Positions 19,216 through 28,328 of a DNA stretch of 64,000 nt are shown in pieces. The notes under the pieces are model-generated. The model searched no databases and was not told the DNA's origin. It worked only from the letters and a program-made list of their open reading frames with translations. Location: the IMG/VR virus record IMGVR_UViG_3300029448_007456, positions 50,779 through 114,778 of that record, one strand, 5' to 3'. Numbering within the stretch: the stretch's first letter is position 1; each line of letters starts with the position of its first letter. Origin of the DNA: a virus. Made by a program: the position numbers and the translations under genes.

Positions 19216-20631
19216 TTATTCTCCTTTTACTTTGTTGTAAACCTGTCGTTCTAATCTAGTGATATGATTGGGTTGATTTAGATTAAGTTTTTTGTAATCT
19301 TTTTCTGTCATTGCATCAAGATCACCTTTGCCTTCAAATGACCATCCATATCTAGCCTTAAGACTCATGTTCACTGCAATCAACAGCAACACAGCCAAAG
19401 GATCAAACACAAACATGATAGTAATGATTAACCATGTCACAGCACGTTCTAGATCAACTTCGCCATCAGCATCAAAAAACTGTGCAATATATTTGATTGG
19501 TCCAACTTCTGCTTCTAGATCTCTGATCTTTGATTCTGCCACAAACTTATCTGAGTTTAGTCCATCTATTTTATCATACGCACTGTTGATTTGTATTTCA
19601 TATTGTGCAATTTGGTCGTCTGCATTCTCTCCTGCTGTAATCGCCGCAGTATTAATCTCATTTATTCTTTGCTTGGCAAGTGCTACTTCGTCAGCAACAG
19701 AGGCTTGTAAGGTGCTTATTTCAGCATTAAAACCGTCAATTTTCGCCCTTAATTGGTTTATTTGGCTGTCTGCTGATGCTTGTATGTCTGTGATTTTGGT
19801 TTCAGTTTGGGAGTTTATTTGTGCAACATCGCCTGCAAGTTTCTTCTGTGTTTGATTGATTTTGACATCAATGGTGTTGCGTTCTGACTTTTGTGTTTCT
19901 TTGAGTTCAGCTGCCGCTTTTTCTTCATTGAAAAATGATTTGTTGGAGTTTAACACATCACTCACTGCTTGATCTAGTTTGTTTAGTTTGTCCTGTTCTG
20001 CTACAACAATGCTGTCTGCATCTTTCCTTAGTTGTGCAATTGAATCTTTAGCATCTATTCTTGCAATATCAATTTTTTTATCTGCATCAGTTTGTATGTC
20101 ATCTATCTGTTTTTGCACATTGTCTATTTTCTTTTGTATCAGAGTAACTTCGCCTGCAATCTTCTCGTCTGCATTATCTATGATCTTTTGTTCTCTATCA
20201 ATTTGATCATCCACGTTGGCTGTGGCTCCACCACCTTGCAGTCTATCAATCTTGCTTGTAAGATTAGTAATGGTGCTTTCCTGTCTTAGGATCTGTTCAT
20301 TAATCCTGTCAATCTTTGCCACAGTTTCTGCCGCTGGCGTTGACTGTTCAACATGTGCTTTACTTAAAAAGCCAAATATTCCTAAGGATGTAATGATCAT
20401 TAAAATGCCCACTGCTGTGGTCAAATAAGTTTTAAGTAGGAAAGGAATGTTGTTCCAGTTTTGATATAGCCACGATGCTGTGACCAATTTGGCCACTTCC
20501 AACACACCACCCATGATGTAAATTGGCACTTTGGCTGCCGCAAATATGGCTCCTAGTCCTATCACAGAATAGAAAATTGCAACGCCAGATATGGTCAAGG
20601 CACAAATCAATGCAAGTATTATCAAGAACAT
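19216..20631 (-). CDS. membrane-anchored long coiled-coil protein of T4-like phages
   Basis: FYSVIGL, LEVAKLVTASWL, GIFGFLSKAH, EVGPIKYIA, FVFDPLAVLLL; TAAATA 7 nt upstream. Confidence 0.75.
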   Translation of the reverse strand: MFLIILALICALTISGVAIFYSVIGLGAIFAAAKVPIYIMGGVLEVAKLVTASWLYQNWNNIPFLLKTYLTTAVGILMIITSLGIFGFLSKAHVEQSTPAAETVAKIDRINEQILRQESTITNLTSKIDRLQGGGATANVDDQIDREQKIIDNADEKIAGEVTLIQKKIDNVQKQIDDIQTDADKKIDIARIDAKDSIAQLRKDADSIVVAEQDKLNKLDQAVSDVLNSNKSFFNEEKAAAELKETQKSERNTIDVKINQTQKKLAGDVAQINSQTETKITDIQASADSQINQLRAKIDGFNAEISTLQASVADEVALAKQRINEINTAAITAGENADDQIAQYEIQINSAYDKIDGLNSDKFVAESKIRDLEAEVGPIKYIAQFFDADGEVDLERAVTWLIITIMFVFDPLAVLLLIAVNMSLKARYGWSFEGKGDLDAMTEKDYKKLNLNQPNHITRLERQVYNKVKGE

Positions 20632-20641
20632 AGTTTATTAT

Positions 20642-20890
20642 TTAATCTTCATCATCTACACACAATTGCCAAAGTGTTTTATACTTGTCCCATGCTTCTT
20701 GTAATGCAGGATGTTTTTTCCTTATTTGCACTGCTTCCCAGCCACACATTTTTTCATCGTCTTGTGCTTTCAACACACTTAACGCATAGTCATCTTCTGA
20801 TATCTTTACTTTTTTATCAGAGCCAAACTTGTGTTGATAAACTGTGTGTCCTCCATCAGGAGAAGTATAGATGTATTTAGGTGAACCCAT
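20642..20890 (-). CDS. hypothetical protein
   Basis: YIYTSPDGGHTVY..HPALQEAW, a recurring phage small-protein pattern. Confidence 0.65.
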   Translation of the reverse strand: MGSPKYIYTSPDGGHTVYQHKFGSDKKVKISEDDYALSVLKAQDDEKMCGWEAVQIRKKHPALQEAWDKYKTLWQLCVDDED

Positions 20891-20934
20891 ATAAATGTTT
20901 ATGTGATAACGTTCTGCTAAAAGATTAATATGAA

Positions 20935-21657
20935 TTAGTTTTGGCTAGTTTTGAGGATTTGTGTTGAATCATCACCACCACTAATTGCAAGTGTGCCAGT
21001 TAGTTGGTTAACAACAATAGCCTCATATATTTCACCGTATGCTGTTGGATTACCACATTCGACTGATGCCACCACTGTGTCAGTTGTTGCGGCAAGATAA
21101 CGAGTTCTTAGTTCACTATATGTGTTTGTGCTTGAAAAGTCAACATCAGTTCCGCCACCGTTAATACCGCTGGCAATTAATGCTCTGAATCTGTTTGCTT
21201 GAGTGTTTGTTCCTGCTGTATCAACATTTCCTGCAAGTGCTCTTGTAGAACCATCTGGGATACCATCAGTGGTTGTTATGTTGATATGATCAGGTGATTC
21301 AACACTGATCGTAAATTCAAGCAATGTCGCTTGTGCATCACCGTTTGCTTCTTGAATCTCAATGTCAAGTATGTCCACCAGTGTGTCAGACTGTAAGTGC
21401 TGAACCATTTTTTCAAATCTCATCAATCCACGTTCTCTACGATCAGCAAGGGCATTAGTTGTTGCTCTTGTGACGTTTGTGGCTAGAGTTGATAAGTTTG
21501 TGATATATGGTCTATCTGAAGTAGGAAAGTTACCATTTGGTGACACAGCGCCGCCTGTTACGCCGTCTGTATTAGTGTCAAATGCAGACATGTCTATGCT
21601 CACTCTAAAGTAAGCTGGTTTTCTTGTATCACCCTTAACTGAAAAATAACTTGGCAT
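20935..21657 (-). CDS. probable virion structural protein
   Basis: T/G/A-rich; TAAATA plus SD leader. Confidence 0.5.
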   Translation of the reverse strand: MPSYFSVKGDTRKPAYFRVSIDMSAFDTNTDGVTGGAVSPNGNFPTSDRPYITNLSTLATNVTRATTNALADRRERGLMRFEKMVQHLQSDTLVDILDIEIQEANGDAQATLLEFTISVESPDHINITTTDGIPDGSTRALAGNVDTAGTNTQANRFRALIASGINGGGTDVDFSSTNTYSELRTRYLAATTDTVVASVECGNPTAYGEIYEAIVVNQLTGTLAISGGDDSTQILKTSQN

Positions 21658-21686
21658 TGTCTGTATGTTTCCTTCGTTTTATTTAT

Positions 21687-22004
21687 TTAGTGTATTCGCC
21701 AAACTTGATCTCGTCTACAGGCTATGCCATGGTAATATTTTGTTGGATCAAAATATGCAATTTCGAAGTGTCTGCAAGGACCTTTGTATTTGTATGAAGC
21801 ATACACTGGTTTGATGGTGCCACTTTTGCCTGTGTTTTTGTCGTGCCAATGTGATGCAATGCCGTCTTTGTTGTATTCTAAAGCATGCTGAAGTGTGCGT
21901 TCTATTTGTTCAGATTGACCCGAGTGTCCTGTAAGTGAGTAATAACTTGTGTTTGCACAGCCGATAAGCCAAACACTGCTGATGATTGCAATTAGTTTTC
22001 CCAT
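21687..22004 (-). CDS. lipoprotein, 17-kDa surface antigen-like
   Basis: Lipobox LIGC; ALE..WHDKNTGKSG..CRHF..GIACR..W. Confidence 0.7.
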   Translation of the reverse strand: MGKLIAIISSVWLIGCANTSYYSLTGHSGQSEQIERTLQHALEYNKDGIASHWHDKNTGKSGTIKPVYASYKYKGPCRHFEIAYFDPTKYYHGIACRRDQVWRIH

Positions 22005-22546
22005 CTGTAAAACAAGTGATCGCCCACTTGCCCTATGAATGTAAGATCATGTCTCCATGCTGGACTGACCCATGTTGCATGATAGTGAGTGGCGCCTTCT
22101 AGTATGCCTCTGTATTTTCCATCCAGTAATTGCAATCCAACAATTTGTGCCTTATACCAATTTTCTGTAGGATATATGTCATCAGACTTGCCATCACAAT
22201 ACCAAGAGAATTGACATCTGTTTTTTACAGGATAGTAAATTCTGTCTTCATCTGCAAGATCTGTGTCTTTGCGTGTCTTCCAAGATTCATACATTGGGCC
22301 TTGTTTGATTACTTCACATATTGTGTTGGGATAACGATTGTCGTTTACTCGATTCAACACCACTAACCCTACAGCAATTTTACCTGCCATAGGTTCCACT
22401 GACGCTTCAAACAATATGTTTTGCGCCATGCAGTATGCTTCTGGATTTTTTGTTTTGTCTATGATATTGTAGTCAAAGGCACTGCCAATTTTACACCACA
22501 TCATACCTAGCCAGAATGCTACCACCACTAATAGTATTCTCATCAT
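21992..22546 (-). CDS. cell wall hydrolase (SleB/Hydrolase_2)
   Basis: CMAQNILFEA, VVLNRV, CQFSWYCDG, GATHYHA, GDHLFY; promoter TTGACA-N16-TACAAT-6 nt-ATG. Confidence 0.9.
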   Translation of the reverse strand: MMRILLVVVAFWLGMMWCKIGSAFDYNIIDKTKNPEAYCMAQNILFEASVEPMAGKIAVGLVVLNRVNDNRYPNTICEVIKQGPMYESWKTRKDTDLADEDRIYYPVKNRCQFSWYCDGKSDDIYPTENWYKAQIVGLQLLDGKYRGILEGATHYHATWVSPAWRHDLTFIGQVGDHLFYRWEN

Positions 22547-22580
22547 ACTGCTATTGTATGATATATTTGGTATTTGTCAA

Positions 22581-23006
22581 CTACAGTGCGACGATGCCTT
22601 TATCAACAAGGATCTTGCGATTTTTTTCATGCAATGCTTGAACTTCTTCTTTGGATCCGCCAAAATATGGAACAGCAAAACCTTCTTCACACATTATTTC
22701 AGTAGCCATTCTTGAGCCTACAACAAAGTCTCCTAAAATACGTCCAAACTTGCCTTTCATGTCTTCACCATTTTTGTTGACTTGTGTTTTAAGAACGCCT
22801 GTCTTGCCAAGCAATGACTTTAGTTTTTCTTTGGCCGCTAGTCCAAACTTCTTTTCAACTTTATCACGTGTTCTTGATTCTGGTGTGTCTATGCCCATAA
22901 CTCTCACACGTTCATCTTTCAGCCACACACCAAATCCTAGATCAATATCTACATCAACTGTGTCGCCATCAACTATTTTAACAATATTACACTTGTACTC
23001 ATACAT
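22581..23006 (-). CDS. thermonuclease (SNase-like)
   Basis: Start MYEYK; VDGDTVD, RVMGIDTPESRT, GKFGRILG. Confidence 0.9.
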   Translation of the reverse strand: MYEYKCNIVKIVDGDTVDVDIDLGFGVWLKDERVRVMGIDTPESRTRDKVEKKFGLAAKEKLKSLLGKTGVLKTQVNKNGEDMKGKFGRILGDFVVGSRMATEIMCEEGFAVPYFGGSKEEVQALHEKNRKILVDKGIVAL

Positions 23007-23197
23007 TACATTGCTCCAAACGTATGCATTAGGCCAGGACCAAATGATGACACAGCAAAGCCAAGTCCTACTAGTGCTCCTATTCCAACAATCAACCATT
23101 TCATTTTGAAATCATTCACTTCCATCTTAATTGCAATTAATTCATTTCCTAAAATTCTGATGGACAATTCAAGTTTGCCGTCTTCTTTATCTGCCAT
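23006..23197 (-). CDS. small membrane protein
   Basis: LELSIRILGNELI plus C-terminal TM helix; GAGGA RBS. Confidence 0.65.
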   Translation of the reverse strand: MADKEDGKLELSIRILGNELIAIKMEVNDFKMKWLIVGIGALVGLGFAVSSFGPGLMHTFGAM

Positions 23198-23285
23198 TGT
23201 GGGTTCCTCTCATGTAGTGTTTGCTGGGATCATATGACAGAGGTCTGCCCAATTTTACAAATAATAATTTAATCCGCTGAAACAT
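23187..23285 (-). CDS. 32-aa small protein (not in ORF track)
   Basis: MFQRIKLLFVKLGRPLSYDPSKHYMRGTHNGR; ATG 7 nt after TAAATA (23298-23293). Confidence 0.55.
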   Translation of the reverse strand: MFQRIKLLFVKLGRPLSYDPSKHYMRGTHNGR

Positions 23286-23299
23286 ATGTGAGTATTTAA

Positions 23300-24208
23300 T
23301 TAAGAACAGTGTTTTTTGCACAGACGCAATGGAGTTGTCAGCACCTGAGCGAAATTTTGGAACTGTGATGACTGCACAATGTGTTCCAACGTATGATGAG
23401 GTATTTTCATACGAGTTGGATCAGTCATTTTGAGCAACATTGAATAGTCTGTCTCTGTTTCAACTCCCGTGGACCATGCATGGAGTCCACCCAGATAACA
23501 ACAAGGATACACAGAGCCATCAGCATACACAAATAGTTCTTTTTTGTTCACACTCATGCAAGACACACAGCCTGTAGGCACTCTAACAGTTTGATCATCT
23601 GCTGGATATAGGCTGGTTTCTACAAAATTTCTATCTGAGTGCAAGGTTATGAAGTTTGAAAATGCAAGTTGCTGTGATAGTTGTTCACAGTCGTGCCATT
23701 GATGTTGATTGTGTTGGAATTTAATAAACTGCCAGTGTGCATTGCCACCATGGCCAATGAATGTTTTTGCATTTGCCAAAACTTTGTCATAGTCAGTTCC
23801 TATCCTATACATGCTATGTGTATCAGCCAATCCATCTATGCCAAACACAACCTTGTCATGGGAGTTTAATATTTCAGCCAGGCGTTGCCAATATGCATCA
23901 TTATGTAAGCCACCATTGGTTGCTATCCACACTTTTATCTTTGGATTGTGCTGTTTGAAATGTTGGACAATGTTCAAAAAGTCTTTAGCAATGATAGGAT
24001 CACCTGTGGTCCCTTTGAATATAACACTTCTAAGTCCTGATATGATTGTAGTATCAATAGACTGTTTGATGTCTTGTAGTGACAGTTCATCTTTGTTGAG
24101 TCCTTGTAGTAATCTACCTTTAGTGTATCTTGGACACTGTGGACATTTTGCATTACACTTGTTGGCCAGTTCAAACTCAATGGATTCTAATTGTTGTATA
24201 TCAAACAT
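23300..24208 (-). CDS. radical SAM/SPASM protein
   Basis: CNAKCPQC, GTTGDP, TNGG, FGIDG, DGSVYPCC. Confidence 0.85.
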   Translation of the reverse strand: MFDIQQLESIEFELANKCNAKCPQCPRYTKGRLLQGLNKDELSLQDIKQSIDTTIISGLRSVIFKGTTGDPIIAKDFLNIVQHFKQHNPKIKVWIATNGGLHNDAYWQRLAEILNSHDKVVFGIDGLADTHSMYRIGTDYDKVLANAKTFIGHGGNAHWQFIKFQHNQHQWHDCEQLSQQLAFSNFITLHSDRNFVETSLYPADDQTVRVPTGCVSCMSVNKKELFVYADGSVYPCCYLGGLHAWSTGVETETDYSMLLKMTDPTRMKIPHHTLEHIVQSSQFQNFAQVLTTPLRLCKKHCS

Positions 24209-24214
24209 TACTCA

Positions 24215-24403
24215 ATGGCCTGTTCTGTTGCTAGGTAGGCCAAACCCCGCCAACCTAATTAATTAGGCCGCAAGTGCTAGAGTTTCCTCAGCGATTGTAA
24301 TTTGCCAACTACTCTATCTGTCAATCCACTCGCCCCCGGAAGGGAGTCTGTTGGTGGAGGCGCCGGGGTTGATCCCGGGTCCAGTATAGTATCAAACGTC
24401 AGC
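24215..24403 (-). ncRNA. ssrA: two-piece (circularly permuted) tmRNA, tag AEETLALAA
   Basis: Acceptor piece ends CCGGG-ATCAAC-CCCGG-CGCCTCC-A-CCA (CCA ends 24352); 14-nt spacer; coding piece starts GGGGGCG (24337) giving G3-U70; tag frame 24292-24263; CCTAGCAACAGAA terminal hairpin. Confidence 0.9.
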
Positions 24404-24435
24404 ACAATTATTTTATGCTAATTTTGAACTTTTGT

Positions 24436-24753
24436 CTACTTGGTTTGTAAGGGTGGCACTGATGAAGCAGGCTGTATACCTGTGGTGCCTTGAATGTAAT
24501 TGTCAGCGGCTTGCTTGTTGGCTTTTTGCATGGTAACCACAGATGCTTTGTTGAACACAAAGTCCTTGGTCATGTCACCCATCACAAGATACTGTTGCAT
24601 GCCAATGCCTTGTTGTGTCATTGCAAGTGCCAGTGGTTTTGACACTTTCACTGTCTTGTCATCTTGTGATAAAAACTTTGCAATAACTTCGTCACCGCCT
24701 TGTATTCGCATAGCGATAATGTCATTTGACTTAAATCCTGCGTCGATAAGCAT
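24436..24753 (-). CDS. hypothetical protein, possible Sm-like fold
   Basis: IIAMRIQGGDEVIAKF resembles an Sm1-type strand-turn-strand; coupled to nrdB stop. Confidence 0.6.
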   Translation of the reverse strand: MLIDAGFKSNDIIAMRIQGGDEVIAKFLSQDDKTVKVSKPLALAMTQQGIGMQQYLVMGDMTKDFVFNKASVVTMQKANKQAADNYIQGTTGIQPASSVPPLQTK

Positions 24754-25853
24754 TAAAGTTTGAAACCTGCCAATGTGTCTTTGTTGACGTCTTGTTTGAC
24801 TCCGCCAATGATGTATGATTCAACTTCAGTTTCTTGTGGAGCAACTTGCAGTCCTGCTGACGATAACCAATGCTGTGTCCATGGTAGTGGGTTTGCATTA
24901 AGTGGACGATCAAATATAGGATCAAATCCTATGGACTTTATTCTCTTGTTAGCAACAAATTCAACATAGTCACCTAATAGTTTTTCGTTAAGTCCTATGA
25001 TGGTGCCCTCTTTCATCAAATGCTTGGCCCATGCTTTTTCTTCTTCAACACATAATTTATACATGTTAACAACTTCATCTTTGCATTCTTCAGTGATCTT
25101 TTTCATTTCAGGATCATCGCCTTCTTGCCACTTCTTAATAATCTGTGTGGACAAGTTTAAATGTGTTGCTTCATCTCTTGCAATGAATGATATAATCTTT
25201 GCAGAACCTTCCATAAGTTTAAGTTCTCCAAATGCAAATGTGCAGGCAAATGAAACATAAAATCTTAATCCTTCTAATATGTTAACATTGACCATAGCAA
25301 GATATAATTGTTTCTTGACTTCCTTAATGTCGCCTTTGCCTTTGACAAAGTAGTCTTGTGCTAGTGCTGAGAATCTATCATAGTTTTCTGTGACAGATAT
25401 AGCACGTTTAACAATCTGTTCGTCATTTAATATTGTGTCAAACACTTCTGATGGGTCAGCATACACATTCTTCATAATGTATGTGTAAGAACGTGAATGG
25501 ATAGTTTCCATAAAGTCCCAAGTGATAATGCAACCTTCAAGTTCGGGTAATGAGCAGTAAGGTAAGAAACTTAAACAAGGACCTCTGCCTTGCACACTGT
25601 CAAGCAGTGTTTGATATTTTAAGTTTGAAGTGAATATGTGTTTTTGTTCAGGACGGAATGTTTGAAAGTCTGCACGATCTTTCTGCAGAGATATTTCTTC
25701 TGGTCTCCAAAAGTAACCAAGCATTCGTTGATTAAGTTTATCCATTTCTGGATATTTGAATTGATCATATCTTTGTGTGTTTTGATCTTCACCAAAAAAC
25801 ATAGGCTGTTTTGTAAAGTCTACTTCATTTCTGTTGAATACTGTTTTGCTCAT
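24753..25853 (-). CDS. nrdB: class Ia ribonucleotide reductase beta subunit
   Basis: FWRPEEI, LDSVQGR, ETIHSRSY, LEGLRFYVSF, RDEATH, VAPQETEVESY. Confidence 0.97.
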   Translation of the reverse strand: MSKTVFNRNEVDFTKQPMFFGEDQNTQRYDQFKYPEMDKLNQRMLGYFWRPEEISLQKDRADFQTFRPEQKHIFTSNLKYQTLLDSVQGRGPCLSFLPYCSLPELEGCIITWDFMETIHSRSYTYIMKNVYADPSEVFDTILNDEQIVKRAISVTENYDRFSALAQDYFVKGKGDIKEVKKQLYLAMVNVNILEGLRFYVSFACTFAFGELKLMEGSAKIISFIARDEATHLNLSTQIIKKWQEGDDPEMKKITEECKDEVVNMYKLCVEEEKAWAKHLMKEGTIIGLNEKLLGDYVEFVANKRIKSIGFDPIFDRPLNANPLPWTQHWLSSAGLQVAPQETEVESYIIGGVKQDVNKDTLAGFKL

Positions 25854-25889
25854 TGTGTTAATTATACTTCCTTGTGAATTTTAGTCAAC

Positions 25890-28226
25890 CTATATTGCAC
25901 AGGCATCGCATGTTTCATCTTCTTCTTGTTCAGTCACAGACTCATTTATCTGTTGAACATTATCTTCTTGCACAGTGTCTTGTATGCCTTGTGGTTGCAC
26001 AGTGTCTTCTTCACCTTTGTAGTCATATGTGTTTTGGTAATAAGAAGTTTTCCAACCTAACTTGTATGTGGTTAATAAGTCTTTGATCATCACACTCATT
26101 GGAACTTCATTGTTTTCATAGTGTAATGGATTGTATGACCAGTTGCCAGATATGGCTTGATCAAAAAACTTTTGCATGACGCTTACTATATTAATGTAAC
26201 CTTCATTGGAAGGCATGTCCCATAACAGTGTGTAATAATTTTTTAGTGTTTGGAATTGTGGCACCACTTGTTTGAGTGGACCTTTTTTGCTTTTTTTGGT
26301 TGATAGCAATGCACGTGGTGGTTCAATGCCATTGGTTGCATTTGATACTACACTTGAAGATTCGGAAGGCATCTGTGCAGACAGAGTAGAGTGTCTAATG
26401 CCATGCTGTTTAATTTGACTTCTTAACCATTCCCAATCACAGGTATATTTGAATTTACCAAGATCATCAACATCTTTCTTGTATGTGTCAATTGGCAATA
26501 AGCCATCTGAATACTTGGTTCTTTCATAATATTCACAAGCACCACGTTCTTTGGCAAGATTCATTGATGCTTTTAGTAGATAGTATTGAAAACATTCTGT
26601 AAGTTCATGCACCAAAGGTAATGCTTCTTTGTCTGCATATTTCACTTTGTTCTTTGCTAGAAAGTGTGCCAAACCAATATAACCAACACCAAGTGATCTT
26701 CTTGCTTTGGTTGATCGTTCTGCCGCTTTGATTGGGTAACCTTGATAATCAATGATTTGATCCAATGCTCTTACAGATAAGTCGCATAAGTTTTCTAAGT
26801 CCTCAAAGTTTTTAAGTGTGCCCACATTAATAGCAGACAAAATACACAGTGCAATTTCGCCTTCGTTGTCATCAACGTGTTGAATAGGCACAGTCGGTAG
26901 AGTAATTTCTTGACATAGGTTAGACATACGCACAGGATCTTTGAATGATGAATGTGAATTTGCATGATCAATATTCATAACATATATTCTGCCTGTCTCT
27001 GCTCTTTCTTTCAACAACGCAGAAAATAAATCCATTGCTTTTATTTTCTTTTTGGGTGTCTTGCGATCATTTTCATATTTCACATAAAGTTCATCAAACT
27101 TTTTGTTGTCATGTCCAAATGTTTCATAAAGTTCAGGCACATCATGTGGCGAGAACAATGTGATGTCTCCATCCTGTAACACACGTTCATAGAATATTTT
27201 TGATATCTGAATTGAGTAATCCAACTTACGCACACGATTGTCTTCTGTGCCTTTGTTATTCTTCAACACAAGAATGTCTTCTATCTCTTGATGCCATATT
27301 GGAAAATGCACAGTGGCTGATCCGCCACGGATGCCATTCTGTGTGCATGAACGCACAGTTGCTTCAAACACTTTTAAGAATGGAATCACTCCTGTGTGTG
27401 CAACTTCGCCACCTCTAATTTTAGAATTAATGGCTCTTATCCTTCCAAGGTTTAATCCAATGCCCGCTCTCTGTGCAATGTAGTATCCAACAGCAGAGTT
27501 GGATGAAAATATTGAAGGCAATGTATCATCAACATCAACCAACACACAAGATGCAAACTGTTTGATAGGTGTTCTTACTCCACCCATCACAGGTGTTGGA
27601 ATATTAATTTGATATGTTGATATTGCATCATAATATTTTTTGATGTATTGCATTCTTGTTTCTTTTGGATAGTTGGCAAACAATGTAGCCGCAATCATCA
27701 TATACATGTATTGTGGAGTTTCATACACTTCGCCTGTGCTTCTATCCTGCACAAGATATTTGTCCACCACTTGTCTTAATCCTGCATATGTAAAGTCAAG
27801 ATCTCTGTCATGTTTAATCCATGTGTTGAGTTTTTTCAACTCAGTTTTTGTATAATTTTCAACGACTTGTTTGTCATACACACCGCGTTTTACATTTTGA
27901 ATAATAACATTAACAAAATGTTTAGGCTGAAACTGACCAAATACTTCTTTGTAGACGTTCCATAACAACAGTCTTGCCGCCGCAAATTGATAGTTGGGAT
28001 TTTCAAGTGTAATGAGATCGTTTGCAGAACGTATTAATATGTCCTGTATGTCTTTGGAGGTCATGTTGTTGGTGAATTGTATGTGAGAATTCATTTCGAT
28101 TTGAGAAGCACTCACGCCTGTTAGACCCTCACAAGCTTGCTCAACAACGAAGTGCATCTTGTTTATGTCTAATGGTTCTTTGGAGCCATCTCTTTTAATA
28201 ATGTTTGTTTCAATTGGTTTGTTCAT
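25890..28226 (-). CDS. nrdA: class Ia ribonucleotide reductase alpha subunit with ATP cone
   Basis: IIKRDG, QFASC, SNLCQEI, MPSESSS, KTSYY, C-terminal CDAC. Confidence 0.98.
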   Translation of the reverse strand: MNKPIETNIIKRDGSKEPLDINKMHFVVEQACEGLTGVSASQIEMNSHIQFTNNMTSKDIQDILIRSANDLITLENPNYQFAAARLLLWNVYKEVFGQFQPKHFVNVIIQNVKRGVYDKQVVENYTKTELKKLNTWIKHDRDLDFTYAGLRQVVDKYLVQDRSTGEVYETPQYMYMMIAATLFANYPKETRMQYIKKYYDAISTYQINIPTPVMGGVRTPIKQFASCVLVDVDDTLPSIFSSNSAVGYYIAQRAGIGLNLGRIRAINSKIRGGEVAHTGVIPFLKVFEATVRSCTQNGIRGGSATVHFPIWHQEIEDILVLKNNKGTEDNRVRKLDYSIQISKIFYERVLQDGDITLFSPHDVPELYETFGHDNKKFDELYVKYENDRKTPKKKIKAMDLFSALLKERAETGRIYVMNIDHANSHSSFKDPVRMSNLCQEITLPTVPIQHVDDNEGEIALCILSAINVGTLKNFEDLENLCDLSVRALDQIIDYQGYPIKAAERSTKARRSLGVGYIGLAHFLAKNKVKYADKEALPLVHELTECFQYYLLKASMNLAKERGACEYYERTKYSDGLLPIDTYKKDVDDLGKFKYTCDWEWLRSQIKQHGIRHSTLSAQMPSESSSVVSNATNGIEPPRALLSTKKSKKGPLKQVVPQFQTLKNYYTLLWDMPSNEGYINIVSVMQKFFDQAISGNWSYNPLHYENNEVPMSVMIKDLLTTYKLGWKTSYYQNTYDYKGEEDTVQPQGIQDTVQEDNVQQINESVTEQEEDETCDACAI

Positions 28227-28328
28227 GTTATTTTAATTTGTGCTATGGATTAAGCGTGATACTTATTATATGATGAAAAGGCTCTTTAGTAAACGATAAT
28301 TTTGTGAATCAGTGTGGATAATTAAGAT

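Noticed and set aside
24330-24382. tRNA-Ala gene
   Set aside because: Acceptor halves are in permuted order with no anticodon arm; explained by tmRNA
24753-28226. Introns, inteins or homing endonucleases in nrdAB
   Set aside because: Both ORFs are continuous and of normal class Ia length
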